A stretch of DNA of 64,000 nucleotides from Phaeosaccion multiseriatum (Eukaryota > Protista > Ochrophyta, other classes), in NCBI GenBank assembly GCA_965112735.1, contig OZ218961.1:1240001-1304000 (forward strand). Direction: 5' to 3'. This document shows, one piece after another, positions 57,301 to 64,000 of this stretch (position 1 is the first letter of the stretch; the number at the start of each line of letters is the position of its first letter). The notes below the pieces were generated by a model that saw nothing but the letters and a program-made list of their open reading frames with translations, ran no database searches and was not told the DNA's origin. The translations under genes and the position numbers were made by a program.

Positions 57301-58925
57301 CCGTCAACTCGACAGCCACCTTGCTCCACTCCTTGTCCGAGAAGACGCTGGAAGAGAAGGGGGCCCATGGACACTCCTCCGTCGCGATGAAGTTCATGCC
57401 CTTGTTACGAATCTGAATGGAGGGAAAGGGAAAGCGTGAGTTACTTCGTGTGCGTGTGTCTCTGGAGCCCACTGGGCCGGGGCCGGATCAAGGTCAGTTG
57501 TTGTGATTGGGTCCCTCTCAGAAGCGGGGCAGTTCAGCTGTCTCACACATACCAGACTCAACCCACCTCCTTTCTTGCGTCGAGGACGTAATTCTGTGTG
57601 TTCTTGGGCTTCAACTCATCGCTCAACCCTTGCATAAACGCTTCCAGCGTTGCGTAGCCCGTTCTATCTGTATACAGCCCCCCCCCCCCCCTCCTCCTCC
57701 TCCTCCTCCTCCTCCTCCTCCTCCCCCTCCCTCTCGCTTTCGTCACTCTCCTCCTCGCTGCCGCTTTCGTCATCCCTCTGGCCTTCACTCTCATCCTCCC
57801 AATCGCCTTGATCACTCTCATCCTCGCTGCCGCTTTCGTCATCGGAGTGGTCCTGCTCCAGGTGCGTGTGAAAGAAAAAAGAGCAAAGGGGCATGAGTTT
57901 ACGGACACGGGAAAAAAAAAGGCATCACTCACTCCACTCCACTCCTTCCTTCATTCGCTCCCGCCCTCACCTGGCCCGCCCCTGCTGGCTGCTGCTGCTG
58001 CTGCTGCTGCTGCCGCTGCTGGCCGCTGCTGCTGGTGGTGGTGGGACTGCTGCTGCTGCTGCTGCTGAGGGGAGTCTCCGTGGCGCGGCCCGTCCCCTTG
58101 TTTGAGCTATATGTAGTGCTCTTGCTGCCGCTGCCGGACGCTCCACATTCGCTCTCGCCTTCACCGTCGCTGAGAGATAAATCGACGAGATTGGAGGTCT
58201 CCTGCTCCAGGTGCTGCGTGTGAAAGAAAAGAAGGGCAACGGGGCATGAGTTCGTAATGACGGACGGTACGGACACGGACAAAAAAAGGAATCACTCACC
58301 TGGCCCGTCCCTGTAGTTGCTGCTGCTGGCCGCTGCTGGCCGCTGCTGGCACCGCTGCTGCTGGTGGTGGTGGGACTGCTGCTGCTGCTGCTGCTGAGGG
58401 GAGTCTCCGTGGCGCGGCCCTTCCCCTTCTTTGAGCTATATGTAGTGCTCTTGCTGCCGCCGCCGGACGCTCCACATTCGCTCTCGCCTTCACCGTCGCT
58501 GAGAGATAAATCGACGAGATTGGAGGTCTCCTGCTCCAGGTGCTGCGTGTGAAAGAAAAGAAGGGCAACGGGGCATGAGTTCGTAATGACGGAGCGACGG
58601 TACGGACACGGACAAAAAAGGAATCACTCACCTGGCCCGTCCCTGTAGTTGCTGCTGCTGGCCGCTGCTGGCCGCTGCTGGCACCGCTGCTGCTGGCACG
58701 GCTGCTGCTGGCACCGCTGCTGCTGGCACCGCCGCTGCTGCTCTTGTTGTCGCTTGCTGTCCAGTGGTCCGTCAACGTCTTCTTAGCCTTCTTGCCCGTC
58801 CCTTCTTGTCCCCCATTGTTGTTCTGACGCCGATATCGCTTCTTCCGGAGATGGTCCGGAACGGTGTGGTCCGAAATGGCGTGGGTACCGGTAGCTCCTC
58901 CAGAGGGGGAGCAATCCATGTCCAT
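54331..58925 (-). CDS. Spliced ~1230-aa protein with a C-terminal two-motif LAGLIDADG endonuclease-like domain
   Basis: Exons 58925-58632, 58542-58300, 58213-57971, ~57852-57567, 57412-56561, 56412-55708, 55607-55167, 55077-54894, 54788-54331 are GT-AG and in phase, apart from one indel in a C-run at ~57678-57691. Motif 1 LMGFLGSDG; motif 2 YSGMIG^GDG split by an intron. The 5' end is uncertain. Confidence 0.75.
57971..58631 (-). repeat. ~330-bp tandem duplication of one intron plus one exon within the LAGLIDADG gene
   Basis: Exons 58542-58300 and 58213-57971 (both 243 nt, HLEQETSNLVDLSLSDGEG...) and their upstream introns are near-identical. Confidence 0.92.
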
Positions 58926-60127
58926 TCGTGGCTGAAAGAGAGAGAGGCCATTGGGGCGCGCAACAGTAGTAAATGATGATGGCGGTCGGTGTATATAGCT
59001 GCAACTGCGACGGTCAGAAAAAGGTGACCGACGGCCCTTACCGTTCTCTTGCGGGTGCGTGCCCTCTGCTGCGTGAGTCAGCGGGCGGAAGCGCCTCCCA
59101 TCTTTCTGTCGCCGTGTCTTTCCCCCGAGACCAGACAAGGGGGGGGGGCGGGGCGGGAGCAAACGCAAAGGAGGAAGGAGACATCACGGTGAGCAGCTGC
59201 TTCCACGGTGCCTGCTTCAGTGGGCCATGCTCCTGCTGCTGCGGCTTGCTGCGGCTTGCTGCGGCTTGGTGCTGCTTGCTGCGGCTTGCTGCTCTCTCTG
59301 ATTCTTTCCCCCCCTTTTTTTTTTTTCTTTTTTGCCTCCTCCGCTCCCCCTTTTTTTTCCTCCGCTTGCTCTCCCTTTGTTTGTCAGGACGGGGACGGCA
59401 CGCGCTGCCGAAGCCCCCCGCCCCGGCAGCGGGGGCTTCGGGCCCGTCGAGAGAAGATGCTGCTGCTGCCTTGAGGAGAGTGTTTGGCCGTTGGACCCCT
59501 TGCCTGCTGCTTTTGTCCGAAGACTCACCTGTCTCTGGTGCGGATCCCCTCTCTCTCCACCAACAAGGCCCCCCCACGCACGCCTCCGCGACGAGGGAGT
59601 TCTTCTCCTTTCTCCTTCGGGGTTACAATCTATGACTAGTGGTGGGCGCGGAAGTGAGTGTGAAATTTTCAAAAATAGTGTGGTCTTCCCGGCTGGTTTT
59701 GGGTTACAGCCAGGGGACCCAACTCCAGGGAGTAGCTACCTAACAGTAAAACGGGCTTCTGGTGCTGCCTTTTCCCTCTTTTGCCTTCTGCTTCTTCTTC
59801 TTCCTGCTCTCTCTCTGCGTTCGGCAGCCTCTCTCCTCTCTCAAAAAAAAAACGTGGGTACAGCCGTGGCCATGGAGCCCGTTTGGAGAGGTGATGGTGG
59901 GCCCGGCGTAGTCAACTCCCCACGTTCCAGCCATGCATCTCCAACGGTTGAATGATGCGAGGCATGAGGGTGGTTTTTCCGCCCTTCCTTTAAGGGCTTT
60001 CCCCCCCCCCCCCCCCCCCCCTTCTCTTCTCTGCTCCTCCACACCCTTCTCTCTCCCTAACAGGTGGGCGCCTCGGAGAATAGGAGTCACGCAGCTCCAC
60101 CTTCTTGTCAACTGCGGCAGGGACGTG

Positions 60128-60163
<36 letters not shown>

Positions 60164-60375
60164 CGGCAGCACATCCCTTGGCTGGGAGAGAGCGGTGGAG
60201 TGGCAGGGCAGGGGCTGGAGCATGAATCAGCGGTGGAGCGCGAACAGAGAGAGGACAGGGTAGGATTAGAACAAGTAGCAGCAGCAGACAGCAGAACAAG
60301 GAGCAGCAACAGCTAGGTAGTACATGCGGTGCCGCCACTGTCGCTGGCCCGGAGGATGAACTTCTTGCGGGACGA

Positions 60376-62316
60376 ATGGAACAGGCCAACATCAAGACGC
60401 CGCCGGCAAAGAGGAGCGAGATGCAGCATCGGTGGGCTTCGCTGGTGAAGGGGTCCAAGTATTACTCTCCCAAGGGTGTATCAGAGTCCGCAGCGAAGAA
60501 GAGGAAGCTCCGAGACGGCGATTGGGGGGAGGAGGGTCCAGCTGAGGATACGGCCGGCATGCTCTTCACAGAGGCCGCAAAGAAAAGCAGAGAAGCTACG
60601 GAGGCGAGGGAGAGGCAAGAGGCAGCAAGCAAGAAAGCAGAGGGTCTTGCGGAGAAGCGCACAGCCCTAGAAACGGCGAGGCCGAGATGCAGCCTCAGAA
60701 GCGGAGCAGGGGGTGACGCAGCAGCACAGCAGCAGGAGCAAAGCCTTTCTTCTGCGACCAGGTGGAGTACTACGAGGGCGACGACGGGCTTGCTGCGCTT
60801 CACTACGGGCTGTGCACCTACAAGGCGGCTTGTGTGAAGGGAGCCTGTGACGACTGCAAGCCCGGCGTGAAGGGTATCCCCCATTGTGAGTAGAGCGACG
60901 GAAACTACACGCACACGGTGCAGGTGATAGAGTGGGCGCCAGTGGTGACAAAAGAAGGGAAGAAGCACGACCGGCAGAACGTGGTTGTGGAGATGACTGT
61001 GGCCGAGCAGTTCCTCCGGCAGAGGTACATCCAGCATCATGTCGCGACGAAGGTGCAGAGGCTTGCTGCCGAGGTGACTCTGAAGCGACTCAAGCCCCAT
61101 CAGATCATAATGGGGATGGACTTTTCGGAGAAGCATAAGCTCCGCGGTACGTCAGAGCAAGAGGGGCGCCCACTTCTCTCCCCTCCCGTCCTCCTCCCTC
61201 CTTTTCCTTCCTAATGTATTCGTGTGTTTCTCTCCTGCTCTCCCTTTCATCAGGCGCGTTCTCTGTGACCTGCGGCACATGTCCGTCCGCGACGCTCATG
61301 ATTTGCTACGTGCACTGCCGCCCCAGGATGTGGGGGGGGGAGAAGCCCGTCCATGACGTGCACGCTCAGGTTTTCACCTCCGACGACTCCCTTCAAGACC
61401 AAGCCTTCCATGAGCACTGCTGCAGCCTCATGCATCAGGAGTACAAGGGATACTTCGAAAAGCACGGCCTCAAGCTGAAGGAGTGGATCAACGTCACTGA
61501 GAACTTCGCCTTCGTTGCCTCCTGTCTCAAGTTGTGGGGGGTGAAGATGACGCACATGTTCCACACCACCTCGCATGGTAAGGGGCCCCACGATGGGCTT
61601 GGGGGTACCATCAAGGCCATGGCATCGAGGAGGACGGACATGGGGGAGAGGGTGATGAACTCGGCGAAGGACTTTGCCGCCTTCGTGACTGAGATGTTTG
61701 ACACCACCGCCCAGCCAATGTCGGACGAAGACTACTTTGGAAAGGGCTGGACACCTTTCACAGCCCGCATGGCCCGTGTGAGGTTTATTGCCGCCGGCAG
61801 CATTCAGCGGGAGGACGTGAACATCAAGGGCATCCAGGGCACCCAGAGTATATACCACTACGAGGGCGATGTGGAGAAGGGTGGCTTCGTTTCGGAGGCC
61901 ACGATTGGAGCGTTCCATCAAGGCCAGGACTATGACGTTGCGTACCCACTTCATGTTCGCACGATGAGGGCAAGTACGAGGACTGCTTCGCCGCGAAGAA
62001 TGGGCAAGGCGACCTGTTTGGGGGGGAGCCAAAGCTTGTGTACCTGTACCAGTCTATAGTGGGAGACAAGGGCCCGCTTCTCACTCGGGCCAGTGTAGTC
62101 GCGATGAACCGGCCTACGTTGGAGTCTTGCTGCGCACGGGAAGGGATTAAGTACTCGAAAGGGACCCTGTTGGCGCGCCTTGCGTCCCGCGAAGCACCCG
62201 CGGAGCAGCCTGTGACGCCCGTTGTAGAGCCTTCGGCACCCCCAACACCTCCCACCACCCCTGCTGTCCTCTCTAGCCCGCCCCCGGCCGCTCCAGACAC
62301 TGCTGTCATGATATAA
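60376..62316 (+). mobile_element. Degenerate DNA transposase, Sola (Sola2-like) type
   Basis: In order: CVKGACDDC, YIQHHVATKVQ, MGMDFSEK, VFTSDDSLQD, FHTTSHGKGPHDGLGGTIK, then a SAP-like tail (LESCCAREGIKYSKGTLLARL). Several frameshifts; the middle catalytic motif is missing. Superfamily assigned from recalled motifs only. Confidence 0.7.
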
Positions 62317-62547
62317 TTAGTGCTTTTAATTGACATTAGTGTTTTCAATACTTCTCCCAACCCCCCTTTTCTCCCTCGCCCTTCGTTTCTCGGCATGCTG
62401 CGAACCGGACGACAGCTCTTCTTGTAGAGGGCATCTTTGCGCAGATTCTGACCTACCACACACCTTCGTACACCTTTCTGGCCAAGAGTTACGAGCTTTG
62501 GAAGCTGGGGCAGAGCAGCGATTGTGGGCCGGACTTTGTTGACTTAA

Positions 62548-62680
62548 TAGGAATCACCTAAGAAACTGAAAGTGTGAAAGTGTGTGTGTGTGTGGGTGTG
62601 TGTGTGTGTGTGTGTGTAGGTGTCCCTAAGGTCTGTCAGGCCCGCCATCTGTGAGTCTGGATGTGGAGGCCCTGAGGCCC

Positions 62681-62721
<41 letters not shown>

Positions 62722-62778
62722 ACACAACACACACAACACACGCACATAATTCATAAGCAATTCTTAGGTTGATTCCTA
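62548..62778. mobile_element. Tourist/PIF-Harbinger-like MITE with TAA target duplication
   Basis: TAGGAATCACCTAAGAA and TTCTTAGGTTGATTCCTA (one indel). TAA at 62545-62547 and 62779-62781; inverted (GT)n/(AC)n tracts inside. Confidence 0.7.
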
Positions 62779-63034
62779 TAAGAGAATTGCTGCTCCACTT
62801 ATTCACTCAAGCTCTGTCAGGCTGTACTCGCTGCGAAAGTCCACGTCGAACCATGAAGACGTACTCACTGAAGCCTCAACATTCACAGCAGCGCCTCGAA
62901 GCGCGACAGTCACAGCCGTCCATCCTGCTCTGTACTGACCCACGCTCACCGGAAGCCTCCCCAAAAGACCGCTAACTGCCCCCCCACCCCTCCCGCCATG
63001 TCTCTCTCTCCATCTGTGCGAGCTTGTTCTCCTC

Positions 63035-64000
63035 TCAGTCCTGGCAGTCGCAGGGGTGCCCATTGGCGTGCACCCATTGCTTGATGTCCTCAAATGTTGC
63101 GGCCTCGATATGCCATTCTTCCCCATCAAACCATTCTCCGTACACTCTGTCCCTGATGACCTGCGGGCACGATCTTTCGTCCCACTCACACTGCACTTTC
63201 TCCGATCTGAGCCATTTCAGCACAGCAAGGCTCTTACCCTGCACGACTGCACAACTACAGACCCACCAATCCCAATCACAGAGGCGGCGAGCCTTGGCGT
63301 GGAGGAACTTCAGTGCCTCGAGATGGCCAAAGGAAGCGGCAGAGGAAGCTCCCTTCCGCCAATTATGCTCGTCGTGGTCTTCCAACCAGGCTCTGGTGGG
63401 AGGATGCTCGAGAAGCCATTCCAGGACGGGGATTTGCCCACCCATACAAGCGCCGTCCCGAGATACTGAAGATTCAAGATCAAAGTCTGCATTCGTACGG
63501 AGTTGTGTGTTGGCATCCTCCGATAGCAGCCACTTGAGCATCTCCAAACGCCCATTACTTGCAGCCAACTCATAGACCAGAAGGGCCCACGGGCACTGCT
63601 TCTTGCGGGGAAGGTCCTCCGAGCGCAGCCACTTCAGGACTTGCAGGCCATGCTTTTCGTTCTCCGGTGCTGCGAAACACACAGATACACACCAGGGACA
63701 CCTTTTGGCATAAAGGGCCTTGCATACCTCGACATCTCCGTGCCGGGCAGCGGCCTCGAAGACCTTCACATAAAGCTCGAGCCCCTGCCGATTTGTCGCC
63801 CAGTTCGTGCACTCCACAGAGCTGACCACAGATGAGAAAGCTGTCTCCATTACTGGATACAAAGCAGTGTAGCTGGCCTTCCACGTCTTACTCGCACTTG
63901 CGACGAAGCAGAAGTGCCCCTCTCCCACGTGCCCCAAGACAGAACGGAGCAGCTCGGGCTGTGCCAAGACCTCGTGGCAAGCTTCAAAGAGCAGCCCATT
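63035..64000 (-). CDS. Divergent ankyrin-repeat protein (algal/giant-virus type); start lies beyond the window end
   Basis: Frame open to 64000: LLRSVLGHVGEGHFCFVASASKTW, AAARHGDVEVCKAL, AASNGRLEMLKWL, AASFGHLEALKFL, recurring CPW/CDW/CEW. Confidence 0.85.
   Translation of the reverse strand, partial: NGLLFEACHEVLAQPELLRSVLGHVGEGHFCFVASASKTWKASYTALYPVMETAFSSVVSSVECTNWATNRQGLELYVKVFEAAARHGDVEVCKALYAKRCPWCVSVCFAAPENEKHGLQVLKWLRSEDLPRKKQCPWALLVYELAASNGRLEMLKWLLSEDANTQLRTNADFDLESSVSRDGACMGGQIPVLEWLLEHPPTRAWLEDHDEHNWRKGASSAASFGHLEALKFLHAKARRLCDWDWWVCSCAVVQGKSLAVLKWLRSEKVQCEWDERSCPQVIRDRVYGEWFDGEEWHIEAATFEDIKQWVHANGHPCDCQD

Noticed and set aside
54331-58925. Intein or group I intron as host of the LAGLIDADG domain
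   Set aside because: No N-terminal Cys/Ser or C-terminal His-Asn splicing motifs and no recognisable interrupted host gene; the introns are spliceosomal GT-AG.
59740-60316. Signal-peptide-like ORF 60309-59740 and its opposite-strand ORF
   Set aside because: The hydrophobic runs come from (CTG)n repeats; no domain is recognisable.

Overview
Eukaryotic nuclear DNA: GC-rich, dense in GT-AG introns and saturated with microsatellites. The gene families suggest a stramenopile/ochrophyte alga (inference only). Most ORFs in the six-frame track are microsatellite artefacts, so I assembled the real genes exon by exon by eye; all family assignments below are recalled motif similarity, not search results. 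1-18.7 kb holds four spliced genes: the 3' part of a GH47 alpha-1,2-mannosidase, a signal-peptide class I methyltransferase, a RanBP2-ZnF/F-box/cullin-repeat-like protein and an ER-anchored PhyH-like 2OG-Fe(II) dioxygenase. 19-45 kb is a dynamic island. It contains a 13-exon, ~1607-aa gene joining a GVIN1/VLIG-type MACPF-like domain to C-terminal LRRs, two intronless FNIP-repeat genes with hypervariable positions inside a tandem segmental duplication, and broken gene fragments (PWP1, ankyrin, glutamate decarboxylase). 45-64 kb holds nested MITEs, an intron-containing tRNA-Asn(GTT), a probable solo LTR, a spliced ~1230-aa gene ending in a two-motif LAGLIDADG endonuclease-like domain, a degenerate Sola-like transposase and an ankyrin-repeat gene. 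An 11-mer (GTATCACCAAC) occurs 15 times exactly, on both strands and inside unrelated exons. Best candidates for new biology: the spliced LAGLIDADG gene, the MACPF-LRR fusion with its hypervariable FNIP neighbours, and the dispersed 11-mer.
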